The notes under the pieces are model-generated. The model worked only from the letters and a program-made list of their open reading frames with translations. It was not told the DNA's origin and did not search any database. From the NCBI GenBank assembly GCA_001244265.2, contig CDLV01000008.1:1922001-1986000 (forward strand): 64,000 bases of DNA. Reading direction: 5' to 3'. The DNA is from Microbotryum violaceum. Its lineage: Eukaryota. The position numbers and the translations under genes were made by a program. Shown piece after piece: positions 1 to 20,508 of this stretch. Each line of letters starts with the position of its first letter. The first letter of the stretch is position 1.

Positions 1-2147
1 CATCTTGACCTTACTTCTGCGCTTCGCCAACTTTTCCCTCAACCCCGTATGGCCGATCATGAGCGACAAGACCGGTCCAACGGCGAACGGAGGCCACAAC
101 TTACTCGGTCTCGTGCTTGGTCTCGCTTCAGTGGTCGAACTGGCCAAGCACAACCTGCCGCGGCTCGCACCTCCGACACTGATTGTACGGCGCTCGTATG
201 CTTCCTTCGTATTTGCGGCGTTCGCGGCAGGAGGCCTGTTCTTCCTCCTGCACCTGCTCTACACTGATTCCGGTACGATCATTGCTTGGTCGTGGGAGGG
301 GTACCCCGTGCGGGGCCCCATGGCGATGCCGCACGGGCTGTGGATCATCCTGGCCTGCTCCGTTGGGCTCGCCGCCGCACATCTGTCGTTCGTCACCCGC
401 GCCCCGTGGTTTCTCGTCGCTTGCTTCGGCTGCAGCGTGCTCTACCTACGAAAAGGATGGACTGCTTTCCTTGGCGGGTCCGTCCTGGGAATCTGGGCCT
501 TTTCCGTCATGCCCGCGTTCATCGGGCTGGCCGTCGAGAATGCCGCGACCCCGGGCCCGGTCTTCTTCTTCGCCTTCTTGATCTACGGCGTTCTCGAGCT
601 CGCGGCGACGTGGACGGTTGCCTACGCCTTCGTGCCGGGCGGTCCCTTGTTGCGCGAAAGGACCGACCTCGTGCTGGTCGCGATGATGGCGTGCCTCGCT
701 CTCGGGATCGTCGAGCTCAGCATCCGCCCGCGCGCCGGCCCGGACAGTGCTGCCCGAGTCTCGGCGGATCAGCCGCCGATGGCGAGGTCGCGACAAGAGT
801 TCCACGCCAGATTGAGGAGTGTGTTGGTCATCGGGCTTGCCGTTGGCACGCTCGTGATTCAATACCGGTCGCAACTCGTGGCCCCCAGCCCTCATCGTCC
901 CGACTCAAGGCTGATCACGGCGGGTATCTGGACGGTGCACTTTGCGAGTACGTCGTAGTGAGGGCGGCGGCGTGGTACATCCTCGAGTTGTAGCCAAACC
1001 CTTATCTAACCACAAACAAACTCCTTGGCGGCTGCTCTTTCTTCGTCGTCAGTGGACGGAAAGTGAGTGACGGGCTGGCCCGCGATTCGGCACAGCCAGC
1101 CCGCTGGATTCTCACTCACGCGCTCGTGCCTGCAGGATGTGGGAGTCCCAACGACGCATGGCCGCTATCATTCGCGACGCCCAACTCGATGTCGTGGGGT
1201 TGCTCGAATCCGATGTCCAGCGACTCGTCGGAGGTAACCGCGAAATGACGCAATACATTGCGTCGGAGCTCAACATGTATGCCGACATCGGCCCTTCGCC
1301 TTCCGGGCACACGTGGGGCTGTGCCCTGTTGTCCAAGTTCCCTATCCTCAACTCGACCCACCATCTTTTGCCCTCGCCGGCGGGAGAGCTCGCCCCCGCG
1401 ATCCATGCGACGCTCCTTGTTTACGACACCCTCATCGACATTGTCGTCGCGCACAACGGCCAGGAGGAGGATTCGTTGGATCGCGAACTGCAGAGCAAGG
1501 AGCTGGGCAGGATTATGAGCGAGGCCTGGCCTCGGCCGGTAATTTTCCTCGGTAAGTCTTCCCTGCCCTCCCCCTCTACTTTTTTTGTTTTGGTTCGGCG
1601 CCAAAAAATATATCCCGGGATACTGATCATGCTCGCTTCTGAAAAACTCATCCCAGGGTACGTCGTTACCCTCCCCCACGCCGCGAAGCCGGCACCTTAC
1701 CGCTACCTCGTCGAGGACGGTCGCATGCTCGATGTCGACCCCACAGACATGGATCGCTGGTGCCAGTATATCCTCTTCCGCAATCTCGAACGAGTTGCCT
1801 ACGCGCGCTTGAATCGAGGCTCGAATCCGGCCATCACTGATACCGAACTCCAGCTGGCCAAGTTCGTCGTGCCGGACAACACGTCGCATCTGCTGGACCC
1901 CACGGATTCGGAGAAGCCCATCGACAACACTCGAGCGAGGAGAGTGACCCAGCTCAAAATACCCGACCAGCATCGATTTCCCGACATGTTCTACGGCGAA
2001 GGGGTGCGTGGCCATTTCTACCACTCGCTCGAGGACACGGAGGGCAGGAACGCACCGATCTATTACTTGAGCGAGGAGGAGGAACTGAAGAGGCAGAAGG
2101 ACTGGGAAACGGTCTTGTCGAATCGTCCAGAGTGTCAGCAGATGTGA
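1..2147 (+). CDS. CWH43: CWH43/PGAP2-interacting protein (GPI lipid remodelling), 5' end outside window, spliced
   Basis: Multi-TM region with WSWEGYPVRGP and WTVAYAFVPGGPLLRERTD. Followed by an EEP-like domain GIWTVHFAMDGKMWESQ..LDVVGLLESD..GPSPSGHTWGCALLSKFPI..HNGQEED..DRELQS..DRWCQYI, typical of fungal Cwh43. Includes a 10-nt micro-exon at 1053-1062. Confidence 0.9.
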
Positions 2148-2341
2148 AGAATAGTGTCAGCAGATGTGATCGGATTGTAGCATGCTGACTCGAAAGCGAT
2201 GGGTCTCGGTCTAATTTTTAGGGGGGGGGACAACAATCAAATACGTGCTTGCCTACTCATTGCAACGTGTCATCAAGTGTGAGAGAAATTTGCGGGTACG
2301 GGAAGAATATAGAAAAGTACATGGGCTGTATTCGCGACCGC

Positions 2342-3665
2342 TCACACCGACGCACCACCATCGACGGGGATGACGGCTCCCTGTGGAAGAACCAGAGAGC
2401 ACATTTCGTTTTAGCTCGAAGAAGACGCGGGACGTGCAGTCAGAGACGCCCGATTCTTCTCAGACGTACGGTGACGTAGCTACTCTCCACGCTCAGTAGG
2501 AACGCAATGACGTGGGCGACCTCCCGTGCTTCTGCGATTCTCTTCATCGGGACCGAGGCGGTGGCTTCGGCTTCGGTCTGGTCGACGATGTCGCTGGAAA
2601 AATGGTCGTGGAACGAAGGCGTCGAGACGAATCCGGGTGCGACGACGTTTGTGCGGATGTTGTAGGCCGCGTATTCGAGAGCGAGAGAACGGGAGAAGCC
2701 CAGCAGAGCGTGCTTGCTGGCGCACTGTAGAAGTGCCCGGGGGGGGGGGGGGGTGGGTCCCAGGAAAGTCAGCACAAGGAAGAAGCGTTAGCCTCGCGTC
2801 TGGGAGCTCACATAGGCCGTGGACTGGACAGTCCCCCGCAGACTTGCCGTCGATCCGACATTTCTGAATCAATAACAGACGTCCAACACTTCAGTATGGC
2901 CGAGGCACGACCCCACAGCCGAGCAACGAACGACTCCATTGCTCACACGATAGCATAACCCCCGACGGGGGCCTGCCAGTCTTCTCCCTGTTGCATGATG
3001 GGCGCGATGAATGCTTGACAAAACGAGTAGGCCCCCTTAACGTTGACGTCTAGCATCTTGGTCATCAGGTCGGCCGGAGCTTCATGGGCCAGCGTAGACG
3101 GCAATTGGACGCCTGAAAATTGAGACGACACAATTGAGATTCAGTGTCCGAATCCGGATCAGAGCACTTTCGCGCTTCGAGGGCCAGTTATGCCATACCA
3201 GCGCAGTTGACGAGCCCGTCCAGTCTCTTGAAGGTTCCGTAGAACTTTCTCACCAGCTTGACGACGGCCTCGTGATCTGTCTCGGATCCATTACGAGCGA
3301 TCGGCGGCGAATGAGTTTTCGGCAAGTTTTGATCGCGCCAAGCTCGGCAAGAGCAGTCAGCGGCGAGATCAACATATACCGGGTGACGCACCCGTGACGT
3401 CCATGGTCGCGAAAACGACGTCGATCTTGCTCCCTGTGGCCTGGATCAGCTGACACGTCTCGGAGCCCAGCTCGGCGTCGATGTCGGTCAGCGCGAGATG
3501 GGCCCCGAGGGAGGCGAGATGGATGGCTGTTGCTCTCCCAATCCCGGACGCCGCCCCTGCAGTAATGGATCACACGTGAGTGAGCTGGTCATCGCGGCTC
3601 CACCTCACCTCGTACGCACCCGTGACGATGTAGGTCCGTCCACGCAGCGAAGACGGCGGCCCCAT
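2342..3665 (-). CDS. Short-chain dehydrogenase/reductase (SDR), spliced; start uncertain
   Basis: Exons give YIVTG/AASGIGRATAIHLA (TGxxxGIG), DGLVNCAG, MLDVNVKG, ASKHALLGFSRSLALE, IRTNVVAPG and terminal GAVIPVDGGASV* (stop 2342-2344). Confidence 0.85.
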
Positions 3666-4684
3666 CGACGTCGTTGAAGACCAGCCCGACTGTCCGGTCG
3701 TCCCGGACGATCCACTCGGGTAGGTGCAGGTGGCGGCAGTGGCGGTTCAGGTCCTTCGTTCGTCATGGCCGGTCCAGCAAAGAAGTTGTAGATGCTCGAC
3801 ATGGTTGCGGGATTCGCGATGGTTCGCGAGACGACGACCGGCGCCAAGCCTCGCGCACGAGGAACGGGAATAGCCGACGCGTCTCGGGAAGAATAAGTGT
3901 GAGATCTATTCCAGCTTCTGCCCGCGTCAAAATCAAATAGCAAGGGCCACATTTCGGAGGTCTCCCTTGGCAGTCTCCCCAAAGTTATACCACTAGTGGC
4001 TGAACATGGCGTGGCCATCGATCAAAGCTCAACATTTGATCTACTACCTTTTCGTCTAAACTCGATAACCCTCCCCTTACTTCAAGCAAGTTGGCGGACA
4101 TTTCACTCTTGAGTCTTGCAGCCCCCACCCCCACTCAGTACGAAGCCGGCCCGGATCGCGGATCCGAGTCGCCGTCGCGCCTGGCAGCCGAGTAGTACGG
4201 CCTCTGTCGCCCCTGCATACGAGTAATATTGCACAGCTAGACCTGGCGGAAACAATTAGTACTGGGACCCTTGCCCTTTTTCTTAGTCCATAGTTCTCAT
4301 TTTGCCGCGAATTTTTGACGTGCCCCGGTTGGCCACCGAACAACCTCGCGTACGGGTTTGTCATTCACCCCGATAACCGGCTCAATTCGACTTGATCGGT
4401 GGGTACTCCAGGCATCGAGCAGGCGGCGAATGTCCGCCAAGCGTAAGGTAGCCGATTGTATTCGCATGCAAACACGTTGGTACGTGTGCGGGGACGGTAG
4501 CCCCTATCAACCGCAGAATATCCGGGAGCTTCTGGCACCGAAGCATCACCGTTCAATTTAGAACACAGCATGAAGGTCGAAATATTCGTGACCTGTTTTC
4601 AATACATAGTGCTGTGACTAATGTCCATAACCACGTCTCTCCTCCCACCTCCATGCTCGCAAGAGAAAGGATTCTGCGCGAAAT

Positions 4685-6372
4685 CTATGCCAGCGCGGGT
4701 CCGGAACGGAGCGTGCCGAGGTCATCGCCGTAGTACGACCCGTTGCCCTTGGATTGAGGCTGGACACCGTTCTTGAATGTACTCCAGTCCTTGAGGATCC
4801 TGTGGGGTCGAAAAGGGAAGCGTTAGCATCATCATCGTCAGATGCACGGCTCGTCTCGAAAGTAACGAGGGACGCGAGTCCAGCTCCGAGCAAGAAGGGG
4901 ACTGACATATCAACAACGGGCTTGCCGGCGATGTACAGATTCTGCAAAGCCAGCTCAAAGCCACCTTGATTTGCGAAAAAAGCATCGTATGCGGTCACCT
5001 TGCCTGTTTGATGCACCATTTTCTGGTCAGCGACACTCAGGCCGGGGCCGGGGCGTTTGTTGACTGAAGCAACTGACCTGGGGGAGCTCGGTCAAAGTCA
5101 GAGCACGTGCGAAGGATGATGACCCGAGCATAGTCCAGAAGACCCGCCTTAGTGGCTGCAGAAGCACAAAATAAAGGGAGAGCGGAGTCAAGGGGTCAGC
5201 ACCCAGTGCACAGTCTCTGTACTCCACGACGACTGGAAAACCCACCTCGCACCATACTCTCCAGTGTAGCGTTGTCCTCCTGAGCCGTAGTGGTGTACTT
5301 GCCGGTACCGTTGGTGAGCAAAGCCGTGTAGTTGCCAAAACTCTCGCTCAACAACGTTCCGGCGTAGTAGACGTCGGATGTCGCGACGTCGCCGAGAATG
5401 ACCTGAGGGGGCTGGTTCGCCGGAGCGTAGTCGAATTTTTGTCGGTACGCCTGCGCCGTGGTCGAGTCGTTGAGCGTGACGCCCTTGGCCGCGCTGTAGG
5501 CTTTTGCGAGGAGGCTGGGCAGGATGCACAAAACCGATCGAGTCAGAGCTGGGGGCAAAGGAGGTTAGGCTCGACCTTTTTCCTCCGGGAGGGACTCACT
5601 TCGTGTTGACCTCAAAGAGTTCGGTGCCGTACAGGTCCTTGGTCGCGGACAATTGACCGGGGCCAGCGGTGTTTTGCATCCAGTAACCCGTTGTCCAGTT
5701 GCTGGGAATCTGACGGGCGTCCAGCTCGTACTCCAGAGCGACTTGGACGGCAAAACGAGCGAAAGCGGCCGATCCGAGCGTGCCCGCATAGGGGTTGACC
5801 CCACCGATGCCGGCGATGAGGAAGTACGTGTGCTGCAAGCAGAAAAGGGGCGAGAGCGCCAGGGCCATCATACTGGCTGCGGCGTTGATTTCGGCCTCAC
5901 CCGTCGTCATGATGCAGACGTCGTACTCGTTGTTGCAGGCGACGTAAGGGTACAGCGGGGACAAGCCGACGACCGAAACGTCTGTAAGGGCGAGGGGCCG
6001 AAGCCAACATTAGAAAACGGAAGATATGGGCGAGGGGTGGGTCTCATGATGGAACGCACTGTGGACGAGCTTCATCGGTTTGATCCACACTGCGCGCTCA
6101 GGTGCAAACTGTTTTGGGAAATGCGAAGATTCGGCGAAGCCAATGCAGCAAGGGTGATGACCGGTCAGCACCGGACTGAGATCGAAATCGATATCTCCAA
6201 GGATCATGTCGAGACTCACCATCGAGATGATCATGACTTTGGGCGTGAGGAGATTTTGCTTGCCGTGACGGGCCTCGAGCGAGCTGTTTGAAACCGGTGC
6301 CGGGGCAGCGATCGCGAGGCCTGCGAACAGGAGCGCGGCGGCGACCGAGACGTTGCGGAGCTTGGACAACAT
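4685..6372 (-). CDS. Purine nucleoside permease (NUP family), signal peptide, multi-exon
   Basis: Signal peptide MLSKLRNVSVAAALLFAGLAIA. NUP-family motifs PKVMIISMF, GLSPLYPYVAC, TTGEAEINAA, TYFLIAGIGGVNP, ALEYELDARQIP, YGTELFEVN, DVATSDVYYAG, TTAQEDNATLE. Confidence 0.85.
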
Positions 6373-6964
6373 GGGCGGACGATGGAATTGGTGGGTCTTG
6401 AGCAAGGCTCCGAGGACCGGTATGGGACGGAGGTAAAGAAAGATCAGCGTGCCCCCACGCTTTGTCCATCGAGTAGGTCCTCGCGCTCTCACTTATCGGT
6501 GCCCGATGGAGCTAGATGACCTATTTCGGGCATGATCGTCTTTTGCGACCACACCAGCCTATCTGACCCGGGGCTGCGGCGAGCGGGTGCTCGCCGTGGG
6601 ATCGCCGCCAGCAATTGATTCGGTGAGACATTTTCTTTTTCGCCACCACCGCACTGCGCTTTTCGCATGAAGATTTTCGAATTTTTCCTCCCTAGGTGTT
6701 CGAGTGCACCTAGGTGATAGCAGTCGTAACAAATCCAAGTAGACGCTTGGATGCTCGGGCTTCGCCGGAGTCGCGAATAAATGTGTGTGACGGGCGCGGG
6801 ACGACAGCGCGACAGCGACCCGTCTGCATTGGGACACTGCCGCCAGCTTCCGGAAATTCCCCTTCTCAAGACGGATTCGTCCCCGAGATTTCGATTTGTG
6901 ATCACGAGCGATACCTGCCCGACTTGGTAGGCTAGGTAGGGAGGTCAGCTTGAACCCGCGTTAC

Positions 6965-7501
6965 TGTCAAGCTCAGAGTCATGCTATCCGTCAGATCGTG
7001 AACCAATCCGCGGTGGGCATCGGATATCACGAAGGACAAAGATAGGAGGAACGAGCCGGACGAAGGGGCTCGAGACTAGGGGCGAGGGACGAGGGACAAG
7101 TCGAGAGAGGTTCTAGGGACTTCTCAAGAGAGACGAGGACGAGGGACGAGTGCAAGGATGTGACCTTTGACGAGATTCGAGTTGCAGAAGGGAAAGAGAG
7201 AAGTAAGCTACGAAAAGGTGGAACTAGACCAGAGGAGTCGGGGACGAGGTGACGAGCTTGAGGAGGCGAGGCACGAGGATCACGTAATAGTGTTGAGGCT
7301 GAGGATCACGTAATAGAGCTTGGTTGATGATCACGTAAGAGTCGGGCGCGAGAGGGTTGTGAGTGTGTAGTTGGAGGAGAAGAAAGCAGTGCAGGCGCCG
7401 AAGCGGGGAGAGGAGGTCCGAGGCGCGGGAAGTCCGAGGTCACGCGGATGACGAGAGTGCTGAGAGGCCGAACTCGGAGTGGCGAGCTTCCATTCGTGAC
7501 A
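6965..7501. mobile_element. Possible solo LTR / TE remnant
   Basis: Begins TGTCA and ends TGACA. Strongly purine-skewed plus strand with repeated GACGAG and GATCACGTAA motifs. No matching TSD (GTTAC vs TCGGA). Confidence 0.35.
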
Positions 7502-7868
7502 TCGGAGCTGGCCAATCGGCCGACTTTCGTCGGAGGCCGAGGTCATGCAGGCGCTCCTGCGCACCAATCAGACTTCTACTTGCAAACTTCTCGGTAGAAA
7601 ACGAGGCGCCTACCTACCTATGCAGGTAGCCCTCATAACCACGAAGACACTTCCACATGATTAGACACCTTTAACTCTACTCCATCCGAGCGACCACGAT
7701 AGTCTCCACCGACTCGCCCTTAGCGCCTCGAAGAATTGGGAGACTCGAGTCGACCGAGGTACATTGCAGTCATTTTCTTTCCTTTCACTTCATTTGTCGT
7801 TCTTTGATGCAAATTCTGCGGAGAATCTTAGATGCTATAAAGGTTACATATTGTGTGCTGTCCATCAT

Positions 7869-8529
7869 TCAGGCTTGATCCTTGGCGAAGCCGGCGAGGG
7901 CGCGCTGCAAAAGCCGAAAAAAAGTGATTAAAGAGGCAGTGGTCAGTACAATCGGATTAAATGTAGTACCGCCTAAGCACACCGACTCACCTCGAGAGCG
8001 GCATAGTTGTCGCCCTTGAACTCGGCCTTGACTTGGCCGTCCTTCAGGAACCAGAAGGTGTGGTTCTTGACGCCCGATGCCATGCCGATATCCTGCAGAG
8101 ACGGGAGAATAACTCAGTCGCGTGTCATCGAATCTGATACGATGTCGCAGGCGTTTCGTACCTCGTGATCATTGATATCGACCTTATAGAACTTGACATT
8201 GGCAAAGCTCTTGGACGACGAATAGCCGTCGAACTTGGGCGCCAGCGTTTTACTGCCGAGCCGCACGTCAAGGTGGAGAAGACTTAGCTCTCTTCCTACT
8301 CCAAGTTCTGCGTGAACTGGTACTAGAGACTTACGACGCCTCGTCCCAGGGGGCGATGAACTGGATCGCCGTCAAGCCCGAGGCACCGACCTGATTTGCA
8401 GCCGAAGTCGTTCAAGGTTTGTCAGCACCGTGTTGCTCTTGGAGATTCAAGTGAATCGGGGCGATGGGAGAGCCCAAAGCTTACAATCTCCTTGTACTGG
8501 GCTTCGTTCTTGATCGATTGTACAGGCAT
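7869..8529 (-). CDS. Thioredoxin-fold protein lacking the CxxC motif (~109 aa, 5 exons)
   Basis: Spliced at canonical GT/AG sites: MPVQSIKNEAQYKEI-VGASGLTAIQFIAPWDEAS-KTLAPKFDGYSSSKSFANVKFYKVDINDHE-DIGMASGVKNHTFWFLKDGQVKAEFKGDNYAALE-RALAGFAKDQA*. Follows the thioredoxin pattern (F.A.W....K..AP.F, F.KVD, TF..KDG) with WDEAS in place of WCGPC. Confidence 0.8.
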
Positions 8530-10062
8530 CTTTGGCAGCGTTAATTTGTGTTGTGAAGATCTGAGATGGAGACACCGATCGCCATCGAGGCGGAGAGGAA
8601 ACAACGGCGTCATGATATGAAGAGTCAGTTGGTGTCACTCGAAGTCGTAGGCACTGCTGTGGGACAAGATCGCTGGCGAGTCGAAGTGGGACCCGGGCGG
8701 CGTCTGGCGCGGAAGGGAGCGCACACCCCCACATTTGGGGTCCCCACGTCAGCCTCCTCCGCCTGCGCCAATATCGATGTGGCGCAGGCTCAAAGGCAGT
8801 GGCCAGAGTAGACCCTGGGCTGCACGCTCGTCGGAAAATATTTTTTGGATGTTTGGGCCCATTAGAAGAGGTCTGCGCGGCCTAGTCACTCAATTCGAGT
8901 GTGGCGCATGACGTAGTCGCGTGACCCACTTCCGCCAACCGTGGCGCATTCGCCCGGGTTGCACGGCTTACGGCACGTGCCAAGGCTGTGTTGAGGAAGG
9001 GCCAAGTACCGCGAGGGCCCAGGCTTCGGGCGTGTGCACTCACTGGGTGGGGTGCGTGGGTGTGCGAGGGGAGCTTGGCAATGAGGGCAGGGGTGGATCT
9101 ATGATACGTGTGATGGGAGGAGGAAAAGCCACGGCGGCGCTAGCGGGGTGGACGCGTGCTTGTGAGGTCATGTGGGGCGAAGGGGGCGGCTTACTCGGCA
9201 CGACCGACGGACAGTGCATACACGCAGGTGCTGAATGTGCCTGAGCAACCATTGGCGGTGTCGTCCAGCTCAGGTAAACGCACGCAACACGCAGCACGTA
9301 GGCACAGTTACTTGAGTTCAAGTCTTTCATTAATTGCAGCCATCACGGATACCGGCGCACTCAGAGGCTAGGACGAATACTGGACCGGTCCGTGCTCGCG
9401 ATCGGCCGACAGCGCCCCAGAGTTCAGCGAACTACACGATCGCCACAAGTACTAGTTCATGATCGAGCAAGTGGGACTTGTTCCTCGCCCTCATTCTCCT
9501 CGAACCTCATAGACCCGATACCTGATGAGGTTGGTTGACTGTCTGAAAGATCAGCCCTTTTGCCCTTCCGCCCCTTCAGGCGTGACGCTGCTAGTCACCT
9601 ACACTCGAGTTTGCTGCAGGCCGATCAGCCGACGGAGAGGGTTTCCCTGCGGACGCGTGAGCAAGAGCCACTTCTTGTGGCATGAAGATCGGAGACAGCA
9701 GGAGCGGTATACCTTCCCCGTGCTCCGATCTAGACATCCAGATCGAGGAGTCACTTGAGGCACGCGCGGGAGGGTATTCCCTGCAGTTTTACCCCGTTTT
9801 GCCAATCACGAGCGTCATAAAACCCAGCCGCGCATGTCGGGTTTTAGGACGCGCCGCCGTTTTCCCCGCCGCTGCCGTAAAACCCCCGCGAGGTCCGATC
9901 GAGGTTTTATGAGACCAGAGGGTTTTTTACCCAAGACGGCGATCATTTTCCCTCACAATTGTCATACAACCATCGTGTCTACCAGTGTTGAGATTATGTA
10001 CACCTTTGGGTGATTCAAACGTCTTCATTATATTACATTGTTAAAAGACAACCGCAATGATG

Positions 10063-12909
<2,847 letters not shown>

Positions 12910-13128
12910 ATTTTTTTTTGACAACGATCAAGACACGTCAGCATTCCCGCCGTCACTCGCGCCGCTGCCAGGTTGGCTAGAGCCTTCGCCATACCCGATC
13001 CACTGCTCATACCTCTGCCGTTAAGCGACTCGGAGAGCATCCACTCGGGAGCCTCCGACCCCGCCTCCGCCGTTACCGTGACCGATTCCGACTCAGACGA
13101 CGACCGCCGCCGTCCTGCCGCGCGCAGG

Positions 13129-13933
<805 letters not shown>

Positions 13934-14008
13934 TGAGGATCCGATAGTCGTTGACCCAACGCGGCATAATCGACGGGTCGGTGTCCATACCCTTCTTGGG
14001 AATGATGA

Positions 14009-16010
<2,002 letters not shown>

Positions 16011-16233
16011 TCATCCTGCGCGCGGCAGGACGGCGGCGGTCGTCGTCTGAGTCGGAATCGGTCACGGTAACGGCGGAGGCGGGGTCGGAGGCTCCCGAGT
16101 GGATGCTCTCCGAGTCGCTTAACGGCAGAGGTATGAGCAGTGGATCGGGTATGGCGAAGGCTCTAGCCAACCTGGCAGCGGCGCGAGTGACGGCGGGAAT
16201 GCTGACGTGTCTTGATCGTTGTCAAAAAAAAAT

Positions 16234-19080
<2,847 letters not shown>

Positions 19081-20508
19081 CATCATTGCGGTTGTCTTTT
19101 AACAATGTAATATAATGAAGACGTTTGAATCACCCAAAGGTGTACATAATCTCAACACTGGTAGACACGATGGTTGTATGACAATTGTGAGGGAAAATGA
19201 TCGCCGTCTTGGGTAAAAAACCCTCTGGTCTCATAAAACCTCGATCGGACCTCGCGGGGGTTTTACGGCAGCGGCGGGGAAAACGGCGGCGCGTCCTAAA
19301 ACCCGACATGCGCGGCTGGGTTTTATGACGCTCGTGATTGGCAAAACGGGGTAAAACTGCAGGGAATACCCTCCCGCGCGTGCCTCAAGTGGGTGGCAAC
19401 CCTGAGTAACGCGCGCAAAACATGGGAATCGCGTCACCTCCAGGAGCTTGCGTCTATGATGCATGTCACATCGCTGCCTCTTCTAGCGCGACTGGTCCGT
19501 ACAAAGCGACAGGTGCGCACTGCTACGTGATCCAATCAATTATGGTGTATATATGGACTGACTTGTAATTACGGTAACATCAGGAAGCAGCAATGAGGGC
19601 ACAGGTTAGTAGGATATAATATACTCACGGGAGCTAGACTGCGTCGAATATTGAATTTGGCTCTTATATTCTCTAGGAAGAGTTTGGTGAACCTGGTCTC
19701 GTCTCGAGCGATTCAGGGGCGGAATCCGAGGATGATGACGATGAGGAGCCTCTGGACCAAGCCACTCGCGCCGCGCTTCTAGACGAGATGATGTACGACT
19801 AAGAATGTGTGTGTGTCTGACTTCTCGCCCACCTTTGAATGATGCGGTGGCGTATAACCCTGTGCTGGCCACAGACCCCTGAATCGTTCCCGGGCCCCAT
19901 TAGAGCGGTCTTTGTAGTCGCTTCCTAGCTGTGAAATCGTAAATATCTCAAATGATTATGTCAAGTAGCGTGATTGAGTGTAGCTGAAGTATGCAACCGC
20001 AGTAGCTACTACAGCAATCAATTGCGGTTACTGCTGCACTATTCAAAGATTACTTCCTGGCCTAATGAGATGCCAAAACCCCGCTAATGCCCAATTGCGG
20101 TCCATTTCATTTAAGTCGCCAAATTTGGGGGGATACCCTGCTGCGGCTCGGGCCAAGCACCTTGGGTATTCCCCGAGGAAGGATGGGGAATACCTCACTC
20201 TGCGAGCGGGGGTTTTACTCTGGCGCCTTGGGTAAAATCGCGCTGGGGTTTTACCCCTCCGCGCGTGCCCCTAGTGAGTCCTAGATTTTGAGGCCTGCGC
20301 GAAATACAAGGGCCATCAACGACGCTGGGCCCCAAATGTCCAACTCACTGGCTCAGGGGCTAGCAAAAGGACCGAGCACCGCGGCTCCTTTCGCACAATG
20401 ACGACGGGTCATTCAACTCGAGCCCGCCGACGCCCTTAGCTCTCAGCTCAGTCGCGCACTTTCGTACACCTTACATCTACCACAAAGATAACTGATCCTA
20501 CAATCCCC

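Noticed and set aside
2739..2754. Poly-G tracts (also ~52252-52264 and ~58332-58345) as G-quadruplex elements
   Set aside because: Simple homopolymers in introns or intergenic DNA with no supporting context.
19594..19873. Possible solo LTR inside the CACTA 5' end (TGAGGGCACAGG...CCTGTGCTGGCCACA)
   Set aside because: Imperfect termini and no TSD (AGCAA vs GACCC); cannot be supported.
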